A stretch of 64,000 nt of DNA from positions 4,934,760 through 4,998,759 of the forward strand of contig CM082576.2 in NCBI GenBank assembly GCA_040954595.2, given 5' to 3'. Origin of the DNA: Balanoglossus misakiensis. Taxonomy: Eukaryota; Animalia; Hemichordata. The notes under the pieces were generated by a model. The model saw only the letters and a program-made list of their open reading frames with translations. It did no database searches and was not told where the DNA came from. Of this stretch, positions 54,001 to 64,000 are shown piece after piece (the first letter of the stretch is position 1; every line of letters starts with the position of its first letter). The position numbers and the translations under genes are program-made.

Positions 54001-57000
54001 CACTTTTGTAGTTATACCGGTATTGTGAATACGGTTTTGCCACCAGTTGTAATTTGGTTGAAATAGACAAGTTATAGATAAAACGAATAGGAAGAATACA
54101 TAACTAGTAAGATATGTAGAAATACAAATTTACTGTAATTCCCAGGGATTCAAGTGCCTGCGTTTAGGGCGTCAAATGCAATCCCACTTTCTCCTGTCAC
54201 TTCCCATGCAAATCCATTTCCTGGTATCCATTTCACATTTGGACTAAGGGTGAAATTCCTGCCGTCATAATTGTTGATCAAATTCACGAAAGCAAATACG
54301 TTCAAAAGGGACTCATTTCAGTTCATTAATTCACACAGCTATTGGGACTTTTTTCCTGCATCCACCTCTGCATGACTTATTATTTTTGTCTCACACAATA
54401 ATCAACTAACTTTGCAAGTTACATTCCTAAAAAAGCGCCTCACATATTACCATATCTTGTTCGATTTCCAAGAAATCCAACTTGGACGTCACCACAAAGA
54501 TGGCAAGGATGACAAGAACGAACATTCCGCCTTTCACGGTGTTTCAATGTCATCTGCAGAAAATGACAGTAAGTTTATAAAAGTCATATCAAATATTTAT
54601 CTTTAATGTATAAGAAGGTGTTTTCAACCAGCTAACTACCGTATAGCCCTTATCTGCATCATTGGACAGTAGCCATTCTATATGGTCAGAATTATGTCAT
54701 AGTACAGTACTGGTACTGGGAATAGTGTTTTCTGAGAATCCCATGACTAATTTGAGAAGATTACCATTCTGACAGTAGAGTTTATTCTATTGGCAATCAT
54801 TGAGTTGATTAATCAGTTTGTTAAACTCTCAAAACTGTTGACGTCATGGCTTTACCTGCTATCTGTTGGTGATATTAACTATCAGTTGGACAGCGTACCT
54901 GTCAGCACCCAAAACTTGACCTGTTCACCCCCAAATCCCTGTGGTGTGACCTATCTGACCATTGTCAACAATGGGAACATTGTCCAGGATAGGGGGATTC
55001 TTCAGTGATGAGGGTGTCTAGGTATTTAACGGTGGTGCAAATGTTAGCCTATCAATTAAACATCCTGGCCACCAACTATGAGATGTACAACCATGGTTCT
55101 CCACAAGTGGACACAGTTATATTTATGTAACATCTGCCCCACAACAGGAAATAACAAAAATGAGACGAAAAATCCATTGAGATATAAAATGGTTAAATAA
55201 ATTTCACCAGTACATTTAATGACATATATCAAAATAAAGCCTTACAAAAAGATAAGTTAAAGTTTGAATTTTTTTTTGCAATCAACGGTTGTTAACATCT
55301 TAGAAAATGCTAATATGGACAGTTAGCATTCTGTTCTTGTCTTTTGTCTTGCCAGGTTCAAAATTGGCCACTGTGCGTGGAGGTTCATCCATAAAGACAG
55401 AGCAATCCTCCAACGAGAGCTACCAGTATGACACAACCACTCAGTTTTGGGTCAACAAAGAAGGAACGCCGGAAATCTCTGCTGTCTCGGCCAACTTCCA
55501 AGAGCTGGAAATCAAGCAGGATAGCAACCTGTCGCCGCCACACGCAGCAGCCAACGGATACCAAGACCCGCAGCATGACGGCGGTAGCTATGGTGACAGC
55601 GGCAAGTTTTATCCAGCGGAGTCGGGCGAGCACCTGATCTCTCAGCAAGCGGACGACATGAACCAATACTACAACGAACAGATGCACAATCTGCCGCCGG
55701 AGATGGAAGTCAGTGGATTCACCGGAGGCAGCAACTTGGTGGCCATTCAGAAGATAATCGACTCCGAAGACTATCCGACCGATCTGAATGTTGCATCGTC
55801 GTCGTATACAAGCAGTGGTGCCACGCAACACAAACCGACGTGCACCCTTGATTTGCAGAGCTGCTCCCCACCGATCACCCAGAGCAACTACTACATGATG
55901 CAGTCGGAAGGCAAAAGCAAGGCGCAAAAGACCGAACCAAAGTACACCAATGCCCCTGCGACCGAAAATCAGCTGCCCACCCAGTACAACACAGCGTACT
56001 TGGTGAACTTGGAGAAGGAGTACCCAAGAAACACGGCCGAGGCCCAGTACCAGATTTCCCCAACCTGTATGATGTCCAGCCCAGGTCAACAGCATTCCAC
56101 GGGTGAGATGTATCACGGCAGCACAGGCAGCGAGAATCCGCAAGGTTACTCAGTACTCAAGGAGGAAGTGTTCCCCACGTCGAGAAACGAGCAATGCCAG
56201 TTGCAATCCAACCCTGTCAAGAGCCCAAGAACCAACGTCATAAAGTACGCCAATGAGCACCACCATATGAAGACTGAGCCTCCAGGGCCCAGCGGCTACC
56301 AAATGCCGGAGGTCTCCAGACAAAATGTCTACCTTCCCCCGGGCAACAGCTGCTGCACGGGGACAGCTCACATCCGACCCAAAACCCAAGACCAGTATTT
56401 CCAACCCACCACCATGGCACCTGTCACTTCTCACATAACTCCGCACAAAAATCCAGAGCCTTACTACCCGCCAGCGTTCGAGCCCATACCGGAAATCTCT
56501 CTGGGCGAGGAACTCCACCAGCACGTTCCGCCGGCCACGAAACAAGATGTCATCGAATGCTGGAGTTACTGCCCCAATTCGCATTGCCAAACCAACACAG
56601 TGAGCGTCACTTACCCGACGTTCGCCACAAGGGCCATGAATCATCGCCCCGAGAGTTCCTTGGACTGTAAGGGCAACCAGAGTGTTTCCCACGCGCAGCT
56701 CAGCCAAGACGTGAAACCAGTACGCCCTGTGTTCCCCGAGCTTGAACTCTACGCCCAAGGTATGAACAGTGCAGGTTTGGGCGCGTCGACGAACCACGGG
56801 GGTCCGAGGCACCACCACCAGCCTGCAGGGAGGGTGCACAAAGATAGCATGACGTGTTCACATAGGCACCAAAACTATGGTGAACCTCAGGACATTAACC
56901 CCCCTCTCAAGAATGTGCAGCACGAAGACACAGGCCTGGAAGGGTTCCAAGAATTCTGGGAGAGAGTAGCGCGGGACCTGTTGGACGAACCCAAGACAAG

Positions 57001-60000
57001 CTGTCCACACGACGGCACCTTGAAGACGCAGTCCTCGAGTGCAAACAACTCCGAAGCAGACCGGCCCGCCAGGCAAGATCTGGACCTCATCGGAAACAAG
57101 TGCGTTCAAACTCCCCACAAAAACTTTTTGAAAAAGCAGTACCCCAGCACTCAGCCGGCCTTCGCGGTGCCCATCATCACATATCCCAATGTTGTGAGTT
57201 CCAAATCAATGAAGAGGGAACATCCAGATAATGCAAGTGAGGTGCCACCGGCCAAGACTCTCAATGTTACCCCAGAACAGATGAGAAGATACATCAAAGA
57301 GGCCTACAATTGCATGCATCAAGCCATGACTGCATATTGTGACTCAGAGGAACACTGCAAGGCATCAGAAGAGGTAGGAGGAAATTATTAATAAGTGTTT
57401 ATGTTTATTGAACTTTGTGAATTTTTTCTGAGGAATATACTTTTCAGTCAAAAATCTTTCTTGCACAACTGCATGATGCTCGCCTAGTACAGTACAGTAC
57501 AGTACAGTACAGTACAGTGCAGTGCAGTGCAGTACAGTGCAGTGCAGTGCAGTGCAGTGCAGTACAGTACAGTACAGTACAGTGCAGTTTTTCATAACAA
57601 TTTGGATCATCTTATCACACTAGGCAATATTTAAATAGGGTTCAGATTTGAAAATTTTGTATTCTGAACAATGTGCCATATTTCTGACTTTAGTTGTGTA
57701 GATCAGGTCAGCCTGTTGGGCCGGCATGGGAGATGGTGAAGGAACGTGTAATCTGCCAAGATTCATCAGTGGTCAAGTTTGTCAAGAAAGTACCTGGTAG
57801 GTTGAAATCTATCATCTGTAATTTCGGGTGTTGTGCTGAAAATCAAACAATATTCAATTGGCCCAAAAATCAAAGAATAATCTGTCCTTGAGATTTTGTT
57901 CTGATACTTTTCAACAAGTATGGAAATCAACAGGCTCATGAATGGTAAGATTAATTTATTTCTGAGGACAGGTGTAAATTATGACCGGCATTTTCAAGAT
58001 TTCCTCTGTTTCATATACAATTGTACAGCTAGGCTTAATTTTGTGTATGAATAGTATTTTTTTTACATGTACATGTAGTTGTTACCTTTGAAATATACAT
58101 CTGTATTTCAATTGTTTATTTCCAAAATTATTTCTAAAAAATACAAATACTGACAAAGAATCAAGGGAAAAAATATTATCCATTTGTGACAGATTGTATA
58201 TGAAAAAAGAGAGTAAAAATTCGCTTTCTGCATGTGTTGTGTAGGACAGTGTGTCACTAGGGCAGGTACACAGCTATGAACTGTCCTTGAACTCTTTCCA
58301 GTACATGTAGTTGTAGCCACGCTAAATGAAACATCCATACCAGTGTGTGTAGCTTTAGCCGAGAAATGATGATGAGCCACTATGTTGTTGATCTCACTCA
58401 GTTTCTCTAATTAACTTAGATAATTATTATTTATTGAATATGATTAAGTTTTAGCTTAATTGCTTTTGTGTGCCTTGAAATTCATTCGATCTACATGTAT
58501 ATTGAAAATTTGGATAATTGTTCAGTATAAAAATTGTTTTGTCTGAATGTGGAATATTTTTTATAACGTGTCAAAAGCACCAATGAGATATACCCCATAC
58601 TTAATTTTTGGTCAATTTGAGATGTTCATCCTTCAGATGTAATTTCATCCTTCAATTGAATTTGACCTAACAGTTATTTCCTGGGAGGACAACCATGTGT
58701 CTGATTCTGAACTACAGCTTGAAGTATGAAGGAATGATGTTGTGTTTCATATAACTACAGTGGCAGTTCTGATCCTGTTTTTTTTTATTATATTGGTATT
58801 ATCGTAGCCAAACACAAATGCAGTTGCTATATTGTTTATTGCAGCCGCTACTCTAAAAATAAAAGCTCCTATTTGGATATACCACAGGATGATCTATGAG
58901 GGGACTAGTTGATTTCTTCGGTTCAAGGCCAGTTCATACAACCGTGTACTTTACCCTACAAAGTGTCACGCTACCCTAGTGAGATTTTCTTGAGGCTGAA
59001 TGACTTACAACTTCCTATTCTTGCAAAAGAGACACGTGTTAAGAGACTTTCACTATCAATCGCATTTTTGGTATTTTTTGAATTTTTCTCATTCCACTTC
59101 AGATAAATAGGACCCGCTCTTTTATTTTCACACACACACACCCCCACCACCACCAAAGTATGATACAGACCTTATGTTTATGTGGGCAAGGTTGGACCCC
59201 TGCACTTAGAAATAGGGGTGATAAGGTTTAACAAGTGTAATCGTTAAGAAAGCTGCGAATAGAACTCAGAAAAAAAGCAAAAGTTTGTGATGATCCTGTA
59301 CATGGAAGAGTTGAGTGAATTCTTGTTGCAGGGTTATACAGAGTTTAGATTTGATAATTTCGAAACGGGGCCTTCGTTTCCTAGCAAGAATAGGTGTTGT
59401 AAATTTTACACATGTTGACATATGTATAAGTACAACATCATAAATAGTTGATTTCAAGCCAGATAGTCCGGGCATCAGTGAAATTCTGTCCTGTTCCCCA
59501 GATGTGTGACCTGATAAGGTGAAGGATATATGCCACGGTGAAAAGTGGTACAAATTTGTACTTTTTGTACAATTGTCTGTTAATAAATGCCATTTCAAGG
59601 CACACAGGTAATTGTTATAAAATAACCACTTTATGGAATCTTGTAAAGTTTTTGAACTGAGTACTTTCAGCACCATTTCATCAAACAAGTGCTTTTGATT
59701 CTGTGTTTCTAGGTTTTCGTGACCTGATTATGGGTGACCAGATCATGCTGGTAAAGAACAGTGCTTTTGCTGGACAGGCTCCATACATGTCGCACCACAA
59801 CGACATCTACACCTGGTTCGTCAAGACGGTGCTGGAAATGAAAGGCTTGAAGGCCGTCGTCAGTTACTTCAAAGAGATCCTCCAGGGCTTCGTCATGGAT
59901 TTCCAAAAACTCAACTTGAATCAAGAGCAGCTGGGGCTGTACACAGCCGTGGTGGTCACCAACCCTAGTGAGTATATAGACAACCCCTGTTTTCTGCTGT

Positions 60001-61575
60001 GTTTTGGTTTAGTCCTGTAGTCTTCAATGGTGTGGTTGGAACCACATGTGGTTGGAAAGGGGTGAAAGGGTTTTATTTAAGTATGTTGCTCACTTTCACT
60101 GTCTACGTGCGCATGCGAGTGCACACACACACACACACACACACACTTACAAACTCACTCATTCAGATCAACATCAATGTATTGCTGTCAGAGTAAATGG
60201 GCAAAAGAGTACATAGTAACACACAGCTGATGGGAAAGTACACGAGTTGCACGCCTTCACTTTGATAAATGAGACCTTGAAACATTCTATTAAGGGGTGC
60301 AGCTTTAAGCGCACTCTGCGGGTACAAGGACGACTGGATGCATGCATCATCCTTCTACCAGTGTTTTCACTGAATGCACTAGAACTCCCACTACAGTATT
60401 TCGTCTTCATCAAAAATATTAATGAATATCCTTCAAATGAACAACTGTCTTGTAACTGTCTGGTGATGTGTTTAAAACCCCTGACATCCACAGATGTAAT
60501 TTTAAACACAAAAATTCTGTTTACCATCAATGCCAACAGATGCACATCACCTGTGAATTTCTTACTCATAGCCATTAAGCGTCTTGTACCCATATACAAG
60601 GTGGCCTGCATGCATTCTAACATGTTTATATCCATTCTATAAATAATTATTATTAGGCGATTCATGTATGTACCACACATGTGGATATGTTTGCTGTGAA
60701 GAAATGGTCAACTTTCATAGAGAATGATGGTCATATTTGGGAATACTTCACAATCCCCCCCAAAATTCTCAGTTGTATATATTAATTGTTCTTTTATTCT
60801 GATGCTGAATCTGTCTTTTGATTTTTTCTTTTCCTGTACAGATGCTCCACAATTAGCAGACAGGGAGTCTGTTGCCAAATTAAATCAAGTGATCAGTGAG
60901 GCCTTGAAAACTTCTATCAAAGGTAGGCATGCAGTCATTTCCATTCAGGACAAGGTCATTATACGATTAGTATTCCAAGCCATGCATGAGAATCATCAGT
61001 TCTGATATAAAAACAGCGAGTGTATGTTCTCTACATCTGTCCTGTAAACATTGAATGAATTGCCCGCATGTGCTTGTCCTTGTCTTACTTTATATGTACA
61101 CGTGGCCTGCTTTCCTGTCAGTATTTGATTAATATGTCAGGCAAACGTTTACTTTTAATAGTTTCATTTGAGAATTGCAATTATATTCTGCAATTTTTTT
61201 TTAATTGGTGTAATGTTTTAGAATATGTGTTGAATTTGTTTGTACATTCCAAAGTTCATTATTTGTCCTAGTTGTTGTGTGTATACTGCACATAGAAGTT
61301 TTAATTATGGAGACTTCTAAATTAAAATTCAGTTTTCAAAGAACCAATGATCGAGTTGGGTATTGTTGGTTTGTATTTTCTTTACTCTTAATCAACATTT
61401 TTCCTTTTGTTTATATTTTGCAGAATCTGGGAGAAGTATGGAACTGTACAACACTCTCCTTGATTTCTTGCCGGAACTCAGTCGAATGAATAAAGTTCTC
61501 AAGAATGGATTTCGAACTGGTCAGCCGTCAGTGAATTTTGAGATACCAGCTCTGTCAGCAGAGCTCTATTACTAA
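44950..61575 (+). CDS. Nuclear receptor with two DNA-binding domains (2DBD-NR), spliced gene, about 1081 aa; join(44950..45093,52240..52384,52794..52897,53167..53314,54473..54568,55356..57373,57694..57796,59713..59967,60842..60922,61424..61575)
   Basis: Manual splicing. All 9 introns are GT..AG with phases 0,1,0,1,1,0,1,1,1, and the exons sum to 3246 nt = 1082 codons including TAA. The product has two complete C4 nuclear-receptor DBDs, a T-box-like KIQLGR, the LBD signature [24 protein letters not shown] and a C-terminal AF-2-like PALSAELYY. The N-terminus may extend upstream. Confidence 0.93.
52240..52384 (+). CDS. 2DBD-NR coding exon 2: second finger of DBD1 ([48 protein letters not shown])
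   Basis: Not in the ORF track; translated by hand. Polypyrimidine tract plus CAG acceptor at 52239, donor G|GTGAGA. Carries FFxRS, C-x5-C-x9-C-x2-C and CxxVGM motifs. Confidence 0.93.
52794..52897 (+). CDS. 2DBD-NR coding exon 3: inter-DBD linker plus first finger of DBD2 ([35 protein letters not shown])
   Basis: Not in the ORF track. CAG acceptor at 52793, donor AAG|GTGAGC. Canonical GxHFGVxTCEGCK. Confidence 0.94.
53167..53314 (+). CDS. 2DBD-NR coding exon 4: second finger of DBD2 ([49 protein letters not shown])
   Basis: Lies within ORF 53155..53346. Acceptor CTACAG, donor A|GTAAGA. Confidence 0.95.
54473..54568 (+). CDS. 2DBD-NR coding exon 5: C-terminal extension/T-box ([32 protein letters not shown])
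   Basis: GMSRD-KIQLGR matches the nuclear-receptor GMSxxAVxFGR pattern. Phase 1-1, acceptor TTTCCAAG, donor A|GTAAGT. Confidence 0.85.
55356..57373 (+). CDS. 2DBD-NR coding exon 6: 2018-nt exon encoding a long Q/P/S/T-rich hinge and probable LBD helix 1 ([14 protein letters not shown])
   Basis: 694-codon stop-free ORF (55307..57391), visibly more GC-rich than the flanking introns. Acceptor TTGCCAG at 55355 (phase 1), donor GAG|GTAGGA (phase 0). Confidence 0.9.
57486..57588. repeat. Compound pentanucleotide microsatellite (AGTAC/AGTGC) x20 in the intron after coding exon 6
   Basis: Directly visible tandem array. Confidence 0.97.
57694..57796 (+). CDS. 2DBD-NR coding exon 7: LBD helix 3 ([34 protein letters not shown])
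   Basis: Acceptor CTTTAG, donor G|GTAGGT. Encodes the first half of the LBD signature motif. Confidence 0.88.
59713..59967 (+). CDS. 2DBD-NR coding exon 8: LBD helices 4-8 ([19 protein letters not shown]...[19 protein letters not shown])
   Basis: PGFxxLxxxDQxxLxK signature and a helix-8-like LxLxxE...NP. Acceptor TTTCTAG, donor A|GTGAGT. Confidence 0.92.
60122..60147. repeat. (CA)n microsatellite
   Basis: Directly visible, about 13 units. Confidence 0.95.
60842..60922 (+). CDS. 2DBD-NR coding exon 9: LBD helix 9 ([27 protein letters not shown])
   Basis: Resembles the D-x-P-G-L-x-D-x-x-x-V-x-x-L-Q helix-9 pattern. Acceptor TGTACAG, donor G|GTAGGC. Confidence 0.88.
61424..61575 (+). CDS. 2DBD-NR terminal coding exon: LBD helices 10-12 ([24 protein letters not shown]...PALSAELYY*)
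   Basis: LLxxLPEL helix-10 motif and AF-2-like end. Acceptor TTTTGCAG, stop TAA at 61573-61575. Confidence 0.9.
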
Positions 61576-64000
61576 AGAGCTGTGCGTGTTATTTTTTCAA
61601 CTGCAGTCCAAAATCTGGCATCTGCTTTTTCAAACTTTCTTAAAAGCTATAGGGAAAAAATGAACTTCAAGATATCTGTAAAGATTGCTATCAACAATGA
61701 CCCAGTCAAGTATAGTGTTTATTTTTAACACGAGAGCTGTACTTGTGACCAGTTTTAGAGACATACATGTAGCTGTCAAAGTGAATGTCAAGGTCACTCA
61801 AAGGCTAAAGGTCATGCCGTGCCCTTGGCGTACAAAGAGAATAGAATCTATTTTTGTTATGTGTTTTCACTCTCTCTTCATATTTTCAGTAGTACATATC
61901 GTGGTTATGTAACGGCAATTATTGTTTTGTTTCTTCCGACACTGAAACAGTTGTTTCATTTTTCTGTGAAGGTTTTTTATTTCATCTTTTTTTTGTTTCA
62001 ATATAAACAACCAAAACTTATGAATTTCTTTCTACAAGTGCTGCTATATATGTACATAAAAGGAGATGGCTGTTTCTTGATTTCAATAATAGAATACATA
62101 TTTCTTTTGATTATTTTTCACAACTTTAACTGTCGGTCTTAAGGACTGCCAGAGCAATTGGCCAATAATAACATGCTTTGTGCATGTCATGCTGCATATC
62201 TAGGACAAAGTACTGCTTCATGACTCTTTAGTAGATGGCAGCTATGGAGTCTTTTTTTTTTCGTTCTTCAAAAACGACAAGTTGTATATTGAAACTGATT
62301 AATACAACATGCAGCTGCTGTTCCTTGTCCCAGATGAAAATTATGATGGGTTTTATTCTAGATATTTCGGTTAGGTAATAACGCTTGTAAAGCCTTTAAA
62401 TTATTTTTAAGATATCTTTAAAAGTGGGTGGAGAGAAAGAGAGAGAAACTGTTAATAGGTGCTATGATGAGCATTTTTGAACTAGTATTAAAATCGAAAA
62501 GTATTGGTTCAAGATATGATCGACCTTTTATGATGGTCTTCCTTTTTTGTCGCGCGGAAAAATGTGTCAGTGAGGCTGAGTGATCCTGCAGTTTCTAAAC
62601 AGCGCCACCTGTGGTCATTTTGAGAACTATGGGGTCACTGGTGTCACTTCAGTGTTGAAATACATGTAGATCAGATTTATTTTTTTAGACCAACAGAGCC
62701 AATATAAGGGATCTTGAATGAGAAACATAAAAAAAGGCCGCCAGAAAATGTGTCTCCTTCCACAATATGCAGCTTGTTTTTTTTCTCCAAATTAAAAAAA
62801 AATGTACTATATCTTTGGTTTGTATTCCAAGTTACAACTGTATCTTTCTGTAAGATGTTGTTGCATTGGTCCTGTATGCAGAGGTTATATGATGAGATTC
62901 ATGTGAGATATATATTTTAGAGGCATTGAGGGTTTTTTGGTCAGGAATATTGTTAATGGGATGCAAAGATTGGTGAGAGAGTTTGGGAGAATCTTCAGGA
63001 TTGCATTTTAGCGTTGATATTTTTGGAAGTTGAAGTCAATCTCCAGGTGACTGACTCTTCAAGCAAGATGTGGGGCATTTGTACCTTATTTCTGAAGTCA
63101 TTTTGTGTGATTTATATCTGGAAGGTAAAAGTTGAAAGTTTCGTTTAGAACTTTGTGAGTTGAGGAGATGCTTCCTTGTTACTTGTATCTTTAAAGTCTT
63201 GTCAAGCGACAAGGGTGGACGTGCACCTGTCATCTTTAAGATTTTTGTCACACTTCAAATGGTAATGATCGACCCACTGTGGTAGAGCAACAAGGAAAGC
63301 TGAGGCATGCATAACATTGTGTCATGATCTGTAGCTAGACGTCACTCTTTATAGAACTTTGTCACCCTCCCCTGTTGGCTGCATGAGGCAGGTGACTGAT
63401 AGGCCAAGCGACAAGTTTCCTTCCGACGAAATCCTGTTGGATCCAATCACATTTTGCCAACATTATTAACATTCAATCTCTACAAGGAGAGCGGTACAAG
63501 TGAAGACAGTTTTGCTGTGTTTCCAAGTTAAGGATTCATACACGTAACTTGTGTGTCTTGATAACGCAGTTGTAAAAATACTTTCTTTAGGCGATGTACA
63601 TGTATTGGTCGTTTCTAGAAAAGTACAACAAGAATGTTATATGTAAACATTACAGAAACTCGAGTTTGATTCTAAGTCTTTTTCATCCCAATCATGAATG
63701 TCAAGCCACATTGTATTTAGTCAACTTGTAGGCAGTCACTCACAAACCATTTTCAAACACATCCACATGTTGGTGTTGTTTCAACATACACAGTACCGGT
63801 AGACACCATAATTCAATGTTTCACAGAAGATCAAGCAGCCAGCGTTCTTCTAAAACCCCTAAGAAATGCCAATTTTGTAGAGTTTGCCATAGCAACAAAA
63901 TATTTTTGTAAAAAAAAACAAAGTTTATCGCAGTGAAGTTTGAATGAATTTAACCTGTCTTTAATATATTGCTGAAATTTCTATTATAAATTGGTGTTTA

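Noticed and set aside
55385-57118. Long minus-strand ORFs (252, 229 and 86 aa)
   Set aside because: Antisense shadows of the codon-biased 2-kb receptor exon; no domain features.
55307-57391. 694-aa ORF as a stand-alone secreted protein (hydrophobic N-terminus [16 protein letters not shown])
   Set aside because: The apparent signal peptide is the translated polypyrimidine tract of the acceptor at 55355; the ORF is an internal exon.
57486-57588. CRISPR-like array
   Set aside because: Simple 5-bp tandem repeat with no spacers, in eukaryotic intron context.
57365-57610. Cys-rich repeat ORF ([10 protein letters not shown])
   Set aside because: Translation of the pentanucleotide microsatellite.

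Overview
Eukaryotic (animal) genomic DNA: AT-rich, intron-containing, with no prokaryotic gene structure. It looks like a marine invertebrate, but the taxon cannot be fixed from sequence alone. The only well-supported protein-coding gene is on the + strand, with 10 coding exons (44950-61575, about 1081 aa, all junctions GT-AG and phase-compatible). It encodes an atypical nuclear receptor with TWO tandem C4 zinc-finger DNA-binding domains (P-boxes CEACKI and CEGCKG, 16-aa linker), a ~670-aa low-complexity hinge on a single exon, and a divergent ligand-binding domain, i.e. a 2DBD nuclear receptor. The ~45 kb upstream has no recognisable host gene. It contains a young MITE (perfect 130-bp TIRs, 9-bp TSD, nested hairpins), an internally deleted hAT-like element (6-bp TSD, frameshifted zinc-finger remnant), several candidate promoters/first exons, and clustered nuclear-receptor response elements (DR5, DR1, DR0; a DR4 and a second DR0 lie in the gene's introns). 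Most ORFs in the supplied track are spurious.
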